DNA of 64,000 nt, from NCBI GenBank assembly GCA_964016885.1, contig OZ024745.1, forward strand, positions 61,690,001-61,754,000, given 5' to 3'. Shown here piece by piece: positions 13,631 through 31,200 of the stretch; the stretch's first letter is position 1; each line of letters starts with the position of its first letter. A model generated the notes under the pieces. It worked only from the letters and a program-made list of their open reading frames with translations, was not told the origin of the DNA and did no database searches. Position numbers and translations under genes: made by a program. The stretch comes from Eledone cirrhosa. Lineage: Eukaryota.

Positions 13631-13979
13631 GATTTCAGATCGATGTAGTGCCATGGTAGACTTATTTAAGTATCAGACATCGATGAATAAATGCCATGCT
13701 TATATTTAATCGATTGAAATATCCAACTACTAAATATGAAAATGCGTGGCAATGTAAAAGACAAGTATTTATGCCTATAGTTCATGAATCTGTATAGATT
13801 GTTGCTTTACTAAGTGAATGTACTGTGGAATAAATACGTTTCAGTAAAACCGACTCATTCACCAAAATATTTACGAACATAACAACGAAAGAAATGTAGA
13901 TTAGCATAATGATAATGGGGAACGGAAGGAGATTATTGTAAAGAGCAATTACAGTATGACTTTCTTCTCTCTTTTCTAT

Positions 13980-14110
13980 GGCGAATACAGAGCTGTGCGG
14001 TACCTGTCACGGCTCTCTACTCTCTGAGTTCAAATCCCGCCGAGGTTAACTTTGCCGTTCATCCTTTCGAGGTCAATAAAACAAAATACCAGTCAAGTAC
14101 TGGGGTCGAA
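13980..14110 (+). mobile_element. SINE family A (partial)
   Basis: ctgagttcaaatcccgccgaggttaactttgcc..cagtcaagtactggggtcga. Confidence 0.75.
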
Positions 14111-14378
14111 TCTTCCTCTAGGTAACTCTCTCATTTCCATTCCCTCTATCTTTCTCTCGAAGAAATCTGCTGAAGACGAGGAGGAATCCAACAGGTTAAT
14201 AAATGGCCTAGAAACGCCATATGTGAATCTGACGCCCCACGATACCCTCATGCATTACGGGAATATACATACATACATATATCGCTCTTTTCTATAATTC
14301 GCTACCTCTCTTCATAGTCTATATTCATACGAAAACGCAATTAGGTATGATCTATATAACATATGAATGTATATACGA

Positions 14379-14434
<56 letters not shown>

Positions 14435-14540
14435 GAGTATACACACATACATATACACAAACATATATATATTTAAACATATATACATATACATATATAT
14501 ATACACATATATATACACACACACATATATGTACATATGC

Positions 14541-14580
<40 letters not shown>

Positions 14581-14916
14581 GCATATATACATATGTATAT
14601 AGACATATATATATATGTACACACATATATATACATATATATATATATACACATATATATATACATACGCCTATATACATACGCCTATATACATATATAT
14701 CTACACACATATATATATACATATGCATATATACATATATATATATATACACACATATATATACATATGCATATATATATATATATACACGCACACACAT
14801 ATACATATATATACAAATGTATATATATACACACACACAAACACATATATATATATATATATATACATATATACACATATATATACATACATGTATAAAT
14901 ATACATGCAAACACAG

Positions 14917-14985
<69 letters not shown>

Positions 14986-15035
14986 TGTATATATGAAAAG
15001 TATAGAAATTATTGTAGCAAGAAGCCAACAGTATT

Positions 15036-15112
<77 letters not shown>
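14379..15112. repeat. Compound (TA)n/(CA)n microsatellite
   Basis: Direct inspection. Confidence 0.95.
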
Positions 15113-15114
<2 letters not shown>

Positions 15115-15559
15115 GGCTTTTCAGCATCACAGAAAATTTTTATCGAATTATCTGAATGGTGTTATTTTAATTTCAATTACTTGATATCCTTCTTTCTCGC
15201 AAGCAATCCTAACGAATATTGTTGTTATGCCTTTGCCAGAGGCAACACAGGAAGGATTAAATACATAAAAGGTAAATATACAATACATATGCATATAAAT
15301 ATATGTATATACACATATAAGCAATTGTAATGGAGCTGTTCAAATTGTCAGTTCAGACACACTCCTGTAGTTGACTGGAGGACTGTTTATCTCGAAAAGC
15401 CTTTGCTAATGCAATTAGCATTTCAGACGAGTTCCACCAAAGTTTCGAATATTCTCTACCTCATCACATCTAATTTCAAACGAACAGATACATATGCATA
15501 TATATAACTACCTACATACATAATACCTCACACACCAACACGCACACACACACATATAC

Positions 15560-15597
<38 letters not shown>

Positions 15598-15598
15598 C

Positions 15599-15654
<56 letters not shown>

Positions 15655-16480
15655 CTACATACACACGCACACATTACATACACACACACACATATACATT
15701 ACATACACACACACATATATTATATATATTATATATATATATATATGCATATATATACATATATATATACATACATATATATATACATACATATATATAT
15801 ATACATATATAATCATACATACATATACATACATACACACACACACACATATGTATATATATTTTGTAATTATATATAATTATAGGAAAAATGAAGAGAT
15901 ACTTCATGAAATCAAGTTAGATATCGTATTCTATATCTTTTCCACACTCGAGCGTGTTTCTAACAAAGAGATATTCACAGATATACATATATGGACACAT
16001 GGAGTAATCATCAGCGGGGTTGTTAAGAGTTTTGTTTAGAGAATTTTACAATCTATATATAACGTATTATAGGAATCAGCAGATATATGAAAACAATCAA
16101 ATATTCAAGATTTATATATTGAATATATATTTTGAAAGTCATTGTTAGTGTGATGGCCTCATCAAACATAAAATAAAATGTTAAATTTATAATGATTTTG
16201 AACAGTTGTATTTATTAAGTTTGTGATTTAAAGGAAAATATCTATATGTCGTATAACAATTAGCAGAAAACTTAAGAAAAAAAATAATATAGCAATTTAA
16301 AAGTACAACAAAAGGAAGACACACAAAAAGATAGCGAACAACCTATTGAACTAAAAACGTATTTGATTCAATATATTCGCAATTCCATGATGGTATCTTA
16401 AGTTGTGTCTTCGCTTAAGTTGTATATTATAACTGATAATGGCTTCGTAGAAAATAGATATTGTTATAACTGCGAATTGT

Positions 16481-16580
<100 letters not shown>

Positions 16581-16884
16581 ATTATATATATAAAGCGTCC
16601 GTATGCGGTAGGCCGTTTGAGCACTCGATGCTCTTATAGCGCAGAGTATGATACACAGGAAAAAAGAGAATCAGTGTTCCGACGAATGGAATTTATTGGA
16701 CATATTACAATCGTTTCTCTGGCGACCAGCTCGAGGCAGGATCGATGTGCGGTTTGCAGATGATTGGCTGAATGTCACCCATATCGTAGTTATGGACATT
16801 ACACCAGTATTCGTCTGCTCGTCAAGTGATTCTACAATATGTATATATATATATATATATATATACATACATACATATATATAT

Positions 16885-16907
16885 ATTGTTATACTTGCGG
16901 AGGTCAA

Positions 16908-16999
<92 letters not shown>

Positions 17000-17020
17000 T
17001 GTTATACTTGGGGAGGTCAA

Positions 17021-17060
<40 letters not shown>

Positions 17061-17081
17061 TGTTATACTTGGGGAGGTCAA

Positions 17082-17139
<58 letters not shown>

Positions 17140-17182
17140 ACATATATATATATATTGTTATACTTGGGGAGGTCAACTACAC

Positions 17183-17218
<36 letters not shown>

Positions 17219-17247
17219 ACACATATATATATATATGTAGTTGACCT
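16885..17247 (+). repeat. 26-bp cassette repeated 4x between (CA)n(TA)n tracts
   Basis: attgttatacttg(c/g)ggaggtcaacta at ~16885, 16998, 17059 and 17154; inverted tagttgacct at 17238. Confidence 0.9.
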
Positions 17248-17884
17248 TTTTAGAAGTTCAAGTTTAAACAAACTATTCTTCGTTATTAAATTTAGTGTTA
17301 CTGGTGGATGTTGAAGGTGGTGCCAACAGTGGAATACTAAAGGCACCTTATCAATGAATGCTTCATCTTGATTTAAAATCGTTGATATATTCTTTGTCGG
17401 CGAGTGACTATTCCATGGGTGTGGATCCCAAATTCATTCCCATATTTCCATTTATAACTTCATGGAGTTAATAGTGAACAGAAAAGGATGAAATTGTTTC
17501 CACGTTGGATATATTCAGTGCTCCTTACAAATGTTTCAATATACAAAATATCATTCAATGTGTTCTTCGTAAATCTGTTTTATACAATCGGATTTCTAAG
17601 TGTACTATCCACTAGATTTTAATCCATACCTTTAGACACAACCAATTAATTTGTTTTATTTCACCGTACTTCACATCAGTTAGTCTTCAGAGTAATTTCC
17701 TTTGAATAAAATAATGCCATATTATAATTGGTTATTTATCTGCATGTGCACGAGTGATTTTATGGGTGGGTTATGCTTGTTGTGTAGGTGGATGCTAAAA
17801 ACCAATCAAATTTTCTTCCATTCCTCTATCTCTTCCTAAGAAGTGTTAAAATTTGATAGGAATAAATAAAAATTATCACCGAAA

Positions 17885-18290
17885 GATATGATCCTACACC
17901 CTGGACTGAAGAAGGGAGAGGTACACAGTGATATGGAAGATCATGGAAGGGCTAGTACCAAACTGTCGCATTGAAAGCTGGACCAACTCTCGAAGAGGGC
18001 GTCTCTGAGCAGTGACAAAGGTCCCACACTTTACGTTTAGGTTAAAGACAAATACCGAAATTGCTTGTGTTTCAAGGGTTTCAAATTCTTCAATAAGCTG
18101 CCAGAGTCTATGTAGAGTGGATGTAGATGTTTTCTAAAAGTACACCATACATGCTGCTCAGCCTGGCAACAACATAAATAAATGTCAAACTCCACCATAC
18201 ACCAATTGCCAGTCAAGAAAGGAGGGGATATAAAAAGTATAGCAATAATGGTGGTGTCCCGGAATGGTCTCGGTACTTTAGCTGGAAAAT
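17885..18290 (+). mobile_element. CR1/L2-type LINE 3' fragment
   Basis: LYTLD*RRERYTVIWKIMEGLVPN and FKGFKFFNKLPES. Confidence 0.6.
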
Positions 18291-18291
18291 T

Positions 18292-18830
<539 letters not shown>

Positions 18831-18850
18831 ATGCATATTAGATATTAATT

Positions 18851-19150
<300 letters not shown>

Positions 19151-20005
19151 TATATATATATATGGTGGCTGCCAACTCGTTTTCGAGTATGGCCACTACT
19201 TTATATCCATGTAGGAGAACCCCTACCAATGCGCTGAATGAGTGTAACTTTTAGTCCAGCCAGTGACTTGAAAACTCTGGTACAAACACTACACCTGTGA
19301 CAATTACTGACATATAGTGCTGGGCCCATAGTACCATGTGATGACAAGTGCAGAGAGATCTCCAGATATAAAGCAATGCCTGTGCCGTGAAGCTTTTATA
19401 GTGAGCAAAGGCACTGCACAAAACCAGTCCCACTCTCTTAACCAAGATGATATTTACCAAAAAGAAGAACAAGTCAACATCATTGGATACCATCAGGGTT
19501 GCAGGTGTTATATCAGAGTTTTCCTTCTCCTAGAATTCTGCCTTGAGAAAGGCTAAGAGGTCATCTCACATACATACACACATACATACACATAAATATT
19601 CATACACATGTACATATATATATATATACATACACATATACATACATATATATATACATATACACACATACACATACATACACATATACATACATACACA
19701 TATACATATATATACATACACATACATACACATACATACATATACATACGCATACATACACATACACACATACACACATATATATGTATGTGTATGTGTG
19801 TATGTATATGTATGCGTATGTACATATACATATACATGCATATATATATAAATATATATATATACATATATATATGGCCCAGTATAGATTGTAGAATGTA
19901 TATAATATATATACATATACATACATATATAATACTCACACACACACATATATAATACTCTCTCACACACACACACATATATATATATATACATATATAT
20001 ATATA

Positions 20006-20188
20006 ATTGTTTCTACTTTAGGCACAAGGCCAGCAATTATCCATTGCATTACTGGTACTTTATTTTATCGACCCCGTAAGGATGAAAGGCAAAGTCAACC
20101 TCGGTGGGATTTGAACTCAGATCGTAAAGGGACGTAACTATGCTGGAAAGCATGGCGTCTGACCCTCTACCGATACTGCCAATCCACC
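20006..20188 (-). mobile_element. SINE family A
   Basis: Reverse complement nearly identical to 6212-6400. Confidence 0.9.
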
Positions 20189-20544
20189 ATATACATATAT
20201 ATATAATATGTGTGTGTCTGTATGTATACATGTGTGCAATTTTGTATGTGGATCTGTAATTTTGCGTAAGTAGGGGACTATATCATAGCAGATATTTCAT
20301 GATATCTTAACATCTATATGTTGAAAATGCATTTTCAAGAAAACTGTGAGACCCATTTAGTTAATCACTCTACTTGTCACACCCATTTAATCTGCCATAA
20401 ATTATATGTCATGTAAAAATCAATCCCAGTTGTGTGATAAAAAGGAATCCGCGGAACTCTGAATAGCAACAGAAAGTAATCTCAGTAATATAATGAATAT
20501 ATAATGTATACATATTATATATACACATATATAATATAATTAAG

Positions 20545-22194
<1,650 letters not shown>

Positions 22195-24857
22195 GTGTGT
22201 GTATTATTTAATGATATTATATATGTGAATTTTATATGTATATTTTATTTATATATTTTATGTGTGTATATAATATGTATACATTATATATATATATATG
22301 CACATAATTACATGTGCACCTATGCGTAGATATGTATACATATATGCATACATATATGCATATATATACACACACAGGAAGACATATTATATAGAGTTAC
22401 ATATGTGTTTATTTGTGTGAGGTGCAAATCTTAATTAGAAAACACTTTATTTGATGCTTTCCAAGTTAGTTGCAAGGCAATTCACCTTGTTTCATTAAGT
22501 CTTAACAGTTGAGTGTGTGCCTGTGAATATCCGGTATATCAAGGAATCCTTTAGAAATTCTTGTTAATTCAGAGATATATTGCTGAAAATATCCATCCAC
22601 ACTATATAAGCTAAGGTTGATCGAATTTTACTGATCTTGCGTGAAAATCTTTAAATTAGTTATCGATTCAATCTTTTCCTCGTTTTTATTGTCAAGACAG
22701 TTTGCTCATGGGAAGTTACATCGATTTACAAGGATATAATGTCATCATATTCGGAAGCTACTCTTTCTAAACATGCTTGTCGATAAAATGAAAGTATATT
22801 GTTATATGTTGCATGCATGGAGTTTCTTTCGTCTGAGGAAAACGACACTGTTGTAATTAAAGGAGAGTATAACAAAATTGGTAGCGTTGATGATCGAGGT
22901 GGTGCACTTGGCACAGTAGAAGGCGTGTTGAATTACAAGACAAATAGTGATAGTCTGTCATAGTGTTGAATGTCTAAGGTGTAGTTAATTAATTCTTAAT
23001 AACTGGCCCAGTATAGATTGTAGAAATAGATTCTGTCGTTGTACGGATACTCTGTCCTTAAGCAACAGTAACAATGTAAAATGTCTTGTTAGCTTGAAGT
23101 GCCAAGTTCAATTTCCCATGTGATTGTAGCTTGAAAAAACGAGAAAGATACTACCATCGTTAACTTTCTTAGGATGTACATAATAAAGATGAAGTCGTAA
23201 TAGTGTGCATACAGCAAAATGGATGCAGTAGAGGATTTATAAATGATTATAAGGACTTCAATCAATGGAATTTCAAACGTTTGTCCGAACAATTTAAATA
23301 ACTAGTCGTAAACAAATATTGGAATGTACAGTTCACAAAAGACTGCATGCGATTCTAACAGTTTTGGTTGTTTTGTGATCCTTCAGAGCTGGTTCAAATA
23401 TTATAGTGAGGTTCTCACCAAGAGAGAAAGTGAGGGAGAGACAGATAGATAGATAGACAGATAGATAGAGAGAGAAGGAGAGTGAGAGGAGAGAAAGAAA
23501 GAGATGAATTTCAGCTAGAATGATACTTTAAAATATCTAGTGGTTGACCTCTAAATCACTTGATATTTCATTGTAACAGTACATTCAACAAAAGAGATTA
23601 ACCACTGTCATTATGTTGAAACGTTTGTTCTGGAGACGTTCAATGTATTAAAAGATGATGTACAATATGTGTCGTTATTGAGCCGGTGAAATATAGTTTA
23701 CGTGTCTTGGTATAGAATATATCTCCTGTCTAGTCGGACTGCTTTTCTTGGATTACGCAGTTGTAGCAGAAGAAAAGAAAAGAGGATGGTGAACTTACGA
23801 TATTTATTCCATCTTATTATGTTATGTATTTAAATACTATCAGTTATCACTTAACATTTCATTCGTTTGAGTCGGCAAAACAAATGCCACCAATAAACTG
23901 GGGTCAATTCAAATCTCAATATATTTCAAGGCTTCTGTCAATATGGGAATTCAACAGAGCCAATTTTCTGTGGTAATCTGGGAGAGGGTATATATTGTCT
24001 TTGTATTTATAGTACACAACTTCTTTGGTAATTCCACAGTATTTTCATTTACATCTGATACATTTAAATTTTAATTCAGCGACGAAAAAATTTCCCTATT
24101 CAGTTTGGGTATCTCGAAATATTTCAGTCATTAAAATATTGCTTCAGCATAGAAAGTTAAATGAAGTGGTAAATTATAAAAGCTAATAATTCAACTGAAA
24201 AGATAATGAGCAGAGGCGATGTATTGAATGGTCATAAAATCTGTATGTGGTATTTATTGCTGAGCTGTATCTGTTTCTTTGGTAAATATATTTAACCAAA
24301 ACGCTCTTGTTTACAAATCTTAAAATAGAGGTACTTAACTTTATAACTGACACGCATCGTTTGCATGATATGCTGTGTTCGTCGTCTACAGCCTAATGGT
24401 CATTTCTAGGTTGATTTGCTCTAGGTAATTTGCATGAAGACGAAATCATCACTAAAGTGTTCCCGATGATCAATGATTGATGAACTCCACTGTCATATTA
24501 TTAATATTTATTAATAACACTGTGGAATTACTGTAAAATTACTGGTGCTTTGATTGAGTTGTTTAATGTAATGTTATTTTGAGTTACTTGTGTTAAGATG
24601 ATGTTAATTTTAATCAGTTGAGGGAATATGCATCGATAATTCATTTGTGTACATAAATATTTATGTCATTCAACCACATGTTTTTCTGTCTCGCGAAAGT
24701 TGATATCGAATGTTTGCAAATTTATATAATTATTTAATGAATTTAATTCAACGATAATAACATACAAATATAACAGCAGTAGCTTCAGCAGCAATAAAAG
24801 CAACTCTGGCAGTCCATAATAAAATGAAACAGGAAAACAGCTGCAAAATAAAAAAAC

Positions 24858-24898
<41 letters not shown>

Positions 24899-25662
24899 GA
24901 GATCGGAGAGGTGTGGTATAAAATGATTTAAAAATGAAAGCAGCAATAAAAATGGCAGCGTTGAAAATGAATAAAAATTAATTGGATAGAGAAGTAGAAT
25001 GTCAATATACTGAGCTACATCAATGAGAATAGCAAGAATAAGACAGGGCCGAGAGACAAATTCAATGACGAATCAAATGACAAAATAAGGCACTGAGCCA
25101 ATATAAGAAAAACATTAACAATGACATAATCCACAACCACCAAAAACTAATATGCAACAAATTTTAAGAAAACAAAAAAAATCCAACAGTATCGTTTTCG
25201 GTAACAATATCAACGGTAAACAACTAACGAAATGACTGTCCTACCCAATAAATGAACCAGTAAGGGGCCGAGTAATTTACGGTCATGTCTGGAACACGTA
25301 AAACAGTGTGACACAATGGGACAAGTCTGGACTTACACGTATAATCCATCCAACAAGCTTCCGTCTACCTAACTTTACTCACAAGCTTAGGTCTACCTAT
25401 GTGACTAAATTTCAATACAATGTCAACGAACTCAAAGTCGAAAGATTGCGAAGAAAACTTCTTCATTACTTAGTCACACCTGCGTTCATGAATATCTTTA
25501 CCCAAAGTGGATTTATGATAAGTTATATTTAACAATACTCAGAGATGATCGACACTGACAAAATGAAATAAAACATCGAACTCGGTGTGATTTGAAATCA
25601 GAACGTAGGTATAGCATAGAGTCTAACATGTTACAATTTATTTCATTATTAATAATTGTAGT

Positions 25663-25883
25663 AGGGTGGTTGATTGGCAGTATCGTTAGAGGGTCGGACG
25701 CCATGCTTTGCAGTATAGAGTTACGGCCCTTTATGATCTGAGTTCAAATCCCGCCGAGGTTAACTTTGCCTTTCATCCTTACGGGGTCGATAAAATAAAG
25801 TACTAGTCACGCACTGGGTTCGTTTTAACCGACTTCTCCCTCCCCCCAAATTACTGGTCTCGTGCTTATATAAGAAACCATTA
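25663..25883 (+). mobile_element. SINE family A (long variant)
   Basis: Full head, body and tail followed by an (AAT)n-like run. Confidence 0.9.
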
Positions 25884-26039
25884 TTAATAATAATAGCAAT
25901 AATAATAATAGTAGCAATAATAAACAAATATAAAAAATAATCATGTGTATTTATTATAAGAAAAGCTATACCTTTATTATGAGGGAATATAGTTCAGAAA
26001 TCTTTATCTCATTCCTTCGTTGAAATCTAACTATGGGAA

Positions 26040-26540
26040 GATTTGAAACCCCAATGGAAAAGGACGAAGCTTAAAGTCTTTCGAACTAATTATTATCACC
26101 AAGGGCTCCAAGTTTGTCAACCTCCTCGCGGTGGGCCATGAAATTGACTACTGATCTCTGATCTCGATCAGGCGAACAACAACTACCTGGGGTCAATTTA
26201 TATGCAAGAAGATTATCAACATGTATCTTTTATTTCAGTAGGTCATGGATGGCCATATCCGTCTTACTTGCGTTCTTCCATACATTCACTGTATTCGAAG
26301 TCTATCCAGTTTTCGATATTCTCAATTCACACAATTCCTGGTTTTCTCCTATCGTTTTTCCTAGTCATTTTCCTTATACTTACAGTCTTTGTAAACAATT
26401 GTTCAAGTTATGCGTCCGAATTATTTTAGTTTACTCTCCTTTATTGTGTCTAATATAATTTTCTTGGTTTTGCTCCTATCTCAAATCTATTTGCTAAGAG
26501 TTTTGTTAATGTTTTGACCCCATATAATAGAGTGGACCAT
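26040..26540 (-). mobile_element. RTE-like LINE 3' fragment
   Basis: Minus strand WSTLLYG; 3' UTR segment 26105-26177 recurs at 43318-43390. Confidence 0.5.
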
Positions 26541-26671
26541 ACATAATATAGTAAAGTGGACTATACAGAACATTATCATAGAGTAGATGATAGAATAGAA
26601 TGGTCTATACACAACATTATAGTAGAGTGGATCAGATAGTACAGTGGCCTACACATAACATTATAATAGAG

Positions 26672-26864
26672 CGTCGGAAATCATGCTTCGCGACAGAGAG
26701 TTATCGTCCTTTACGTTCTGAGTTAAAATCCCGCCAGGGTTAGCTTTGCCTTTCATCCTTACGGGGTCGATAAAATAAAGCACCAGTAATGCACCGGGGT
26801 CGATTTAATCGACTTTCTCCGTCCCTTCAAATTGGAGGCCTTGTGCCTAAAGTAGAAACAATTA
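26672..26864 (+). mobile_element. SINE family A
   Basis: Body and tail match the family consensus. Confidence 0.85.
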
Positions 26865-26995
26865 TAATAGAGTTGTTCATATAGGAGAGTGGACCACCGT
26901 ACATATATGCTAATAATTAATCGATACTAAAAAAATAAAAAGTAATAATATTGATGTATTACCTCGGCACAAAAATCCAAAAAATATTGTGGAAG

Positions 26996-27049
<54 letters not shown>

Positions 27050-27593
27050 AGAGAGAGAGAGAGAGAGGGAGAGGGAGAGAGAGAGTAAGGGAGTGAGAGA
27101 GCGAGAGAGAAAGAAAGAGAGGTGATATAACAGATTCCTTATTTTTGTTGTTGATACTGTGTCAGCCTTGATTGAACATTCCATCTTTATTGTTCTATCA
27201 TAGTACACCTTGGGCTGCCTTATATTATTCAATGAGTCATTCTTTTTCAAGACTACAAATTGAGGTTTGAGGGGATATTTGCCTGCTATTTTTAACAGTT
27301 CTGTTACAAAAAGGATTCTTTCGTGGATGTAAGAAATTTCTTGCTGTAGAATTGATATTATTTTCCCTCGAAATCACAGGAACAGAAGAAAACACTAATT
27401 TTAAGTTAAAAGGTATCAAAATCAAATTCTACAAAGCAGTTCGCTCGGCGTTTTTCAACTTTATTTACAGTGTTAGATTAATGCTAATAAGGGTTACTGA
27501 TTGAAGCACAAGGCCAACAATTGTTTGAAGGGGGTGGGGTGGGGTGGGGTGGGGTGGGGGGAAATAATTTCATTAAATCGAAGAGTAATAATA

Positions 27594-27806
27594 ATGGTTT
27601 CTTATATAGGCACAAGGCCAGTAATTTGGGGAGAGGGAAAGTCGATTAAATCGACCCCAGTGCGTAACTGATTCTTTATTTTATCGACCTCGAAGGGTGA
27701 AAGGCAAAGTTAACCTCGGCGGGATTTGAACTCATATCATAAAGGGCCGTAACTCTATACTGCAAAGCATGGCGTCCGACCTTCTACCGATACTGCCAAT
27801 CCACCA
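27594..27806 (-). mobile_element. SINE family A
   Basis: Full-length reverse copy. Confidence 0.9.
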
Positions 27807-30139
27807 ATAATAGGTATTTGCATTGCTGCCTACATTTTTTGCAGGTTTGAGGATTGTTTAATGAAATGATTCGTAATTATTTCTTCGACCTCAGCTGTAT
27901 CGATGTAAGGTATTTTGCCTGACGCTGAACCACAAACGTTGAAAGGTCTGGCGACTAAAATAACCATCCATCCATTTATCCACACACACATACACACACA
28001 TATGTATATAGAGAGAGACACACACGGAGGTTTGGAAGTAGGTCGTAATACAATGAGAGCGTTCGAAGTTCGATAAAAGGACACGCTAGATACAAATATA
28101 AACTATAATAAAGGGAGGAGCGCGGGACTGCGTACGGTTTATAATTTTTTATCCCATTAGTAAAATAAGTTGGATTACTTTGAATAAATAATGAATGAAT
28201 ATTACATAATTTATCTACTAAATTTCGTGGCTGTTGATTAAATACATTTTGTTTATTTAAAGATTCACTTCTTTAAAATTTCTGAAATGTCAACACTTCC
28301 GGTTGGCCATCGCTTAAATAAACATACTAATTTTCTGTAACTAATTTTCTTCTAATGCAGTTTATATATAATATCGTCTTTTTAATGTATCATGGATTAC
28401 GTTACTGATTACATAAGACAGTGTAATGTAGTCTTCGCTCAATTTCTATGTATTATATATTGTCAATTACGATTTTATTTGATGTATCATATCTACATGT
28501 ATATATACTTGCGTATAATATCAATATACATACTACACAAGCTAGCAGAAAAACACCCGAAAGGTGATTTTTCTGCTAGTTCATATAAAAAAGAAAATAA
28601 TAAAAACAATCAATAACACTATAATATAAAACAATATCTAAGCTTAACCCAAGGTGAAATTTCACTGTTTAAGTTAGGTCTGAGCCCCCAATCCTCTTTC
28701 TGTGTTGTTGTGCACCCAAAGGTGTCCGTTAATATTTTCTTAATTTAGCTAGGAAAGAAAAATCCGAATGAGTTCTGATTTTAGCTTCTATGAAGTACTC
28801 GATGAGTAATTTATCAACAATTTATCTTTCTCATGTGTGTATCTTTCTCATGTGTGCCTTTGAAAATCTTTTTACAGAAAGCTGTGTTTTACTTGTTTTT
28901 GAGCGAGTCGTCTGTAATGCTGATTTTGCTCACACCCATGTTAAAAACACTGGGGTTATAATTGTTTTAAAAGTGTTAGTTATTTCTTGAAAAAAAAACT
29001 TATCTTTTGCTTTTTGTGTTCCTGTGCAAAAGCCAAAACTTTTGCAAAGCCCCGTGTATAGAAAATCTGTGTTGCTATAAATACCGTTGTTGTTGTTGTT
29101 AAGAGAGACATCAAGATTGCTAACTTCATCATAACTTGTGCGAAAAATAATGGAATTATCAACATCAATTTGGAAAATGTTAGTATTTTCTTCAGCCATA
29201 TTTTTGTTTGTTTCCTTTTTCTGTTTCCTTTGTGCAAACGCGAGGCATATTGTTTCTTTTGGAGGCGTGATTCCCTGACATATTTGTATACTAATGTCGT
29301 CGAACTTAAGATACTGTTCAAAATGTCTCCATTGTCACTCTATATGCGCAACAATTTAACAGAAATTTGCACATACCTTCTGCACTAATTACAACCGGAT
29401 TTAAACGGAAAAAGTCATTAATATTTTTTAAAAATTATCACATAAGGTAATCCAATATTGACTTCCAATATTTTAATCAATGACCATGTGTGAAATAATC
29501 CAAAATGAAAATATAATTATTTTGTTCAGTTACACCTGAAAATCTCATTGCAAATATTAGACACGTTTAAAGTTCATGCTATGAATATATAAAATACTGT
29601 CAAGCCGAACTCATTGGTATTATACTACGTCTTCCAATCAAAATAATGTTAAGATCACATTGGAGTGCACCAGAGCGTAGTACGAGCAGTAACAAAAGAT
29701 CATTGTTGTGATATAATACCCGCGTGGAGGAGAATAATCTTAAATGCTTTATTAGGATCATATCTTGTTTACTTTCCACGTATGTTTGTATAATTTTATT
29801 CTTTTGTGTCTTTTATCACTATTTTAGCCGTTTATTTCATAACATTCTTGACCCTCCCCCTGTCATAATGTAGCTTTGTATATTCACACCCACCAGTGGT
29901 TTTCAACGGTTATTTTATTGCATGTTTGAGCTTTTCGTGGTTAAGAAACGATTATCATTATTTTCCAAGTTTCCTCAGTTCTCAGACAGGTGATAATATT
30001 CAATTTCCCAATCATGTCAAATGATAAATCTAGTAGTTGACTACGCAGACCATACATTTGTGACCTATACAGTCGACTTAAATAGGCTTTATAGACAGCA
30101 ACCTTGTTACTTGAAGCTGAAAACGTCGTTTCCGGCACG

Positions 30140-30480
30140 CAAAGATTACTGAACCTTCATGAGGGCAGTCATCAACAACAGATGGAGGTTCGCCCTTAAA
30201 AGGGCAATTATAGTAGAATCAATAAGGTTTAGTAAAGGAGTAGTGATAGAGAAAACTACACTAGAGGGAGAACTAGTTAGAAAACTAGAAGAGGCCACAA
30301 GAGAAGGCATCGCAGCAGACGTACTTGCAGCGAGATTGGTGCTCGACGAATTCTTCAATGTGAAGCACGAAGGCTGGGTTGTCAGTACTAAGGTATATGC
30401 TCTTAGATACGAAGGGATGAAAGCCGTACGGTGAGCCCGAGTGGCGGAGGTACGGCGTGGTAACAAGTTCACATTTTGGT
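30140..30480 (+). mobile_element. L1/Tx1-type LINE ORF2 fragment
   Basis: W..LKRAIIVESIRFSK...LEEA...AARLVLDEFFNVKHEGWVV resembles the region between APE and RT. Confidence 0.45.
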
Positions 30481-30629
30481 CTTTGGCGACAGGTTAAACA
30501 AATTGTGCTGTCATCAACTGCTCACCTTCCCAGGAAGTTTCTCTCCAGTTAATGTATACGTGCCTTAGGTCTCTATTTGAGACCTGGTCGGAAGATGAAA
30601 TGAAAAGGAAATGAAAATAATAATAATAA

Positions 30630-30803
30630 TGGTTTCTGATATAGGCACAAGGCCAACAATTTTTTGGGGAGGAGAAAGTCGTAACTGGTACTTTATATCA
30701 TCGACCCTGTAAGGATGAAAGGCAAAACTAACCCTGGGCGGGATTTGAACTCAGAATGTAAAGGGTTATGACTACATGCCGCAAAGCATATCGCTCGCGC
30801 TCT
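30630..30803 (-). mobile_element. SINE family A
   Basis: taggcacaaggcc..aaggatgaaaggcaaa..ggatttgaactcag. Confidence 0.85.
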
Positions 30804-30819
30804 TAATAATAGATCTGAT

Positions 30820-31200
30820 ATAAAGCGAAAATATGTTTCTTAATTGACATGAGCATTACATCAGATCGTAACATCTCGAAAGATCTATCACTTGAAATTC
30901 AGAAAATGTGGGGTGTCTTAAGGTCTGTGTAATACCAATGATAGTTGGCGTACTTGGAATGATAAAAAAGGGAACTGAAAAATATTTGGACCGGATTCCT
31001 GGAAAACCACCTCTGCAAAAGATTTAGATAATAGCGCTGACTGGCACTGTCCATGTCCTGAAGAGAGCATTATGAATTTAAAAACCTTGCAAAGATTTTT
31101 ACTATTGTTTATACCCAATATTGTATGATAATTGATTGTAAAATGTGTGCATTATCAAATTTTGCCTCAGGTGCCAGCTTGACATTCGGCATGATAAGAA
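30820..31200 (+). mobile_element. R4/Dong LINE C-terminal RLE fragment
   Basis: CFLIDMSITSDRNISK..DL.LEIQKMW, PMIVGVLGMIKKG, ALTGTVHVLKRAL. Confidence 0.7.

Noticed and set aside
14165-14240. ctgaaga...gaaac hammerhead candidate
   Set aside because: No convincing stem I/III or NUH site.
16885-17180. CRISPR-like repeat-spacer pattern
   Set aside because: Spacers are microsatellites, the context is eukaryotic, and there are no cas genes.
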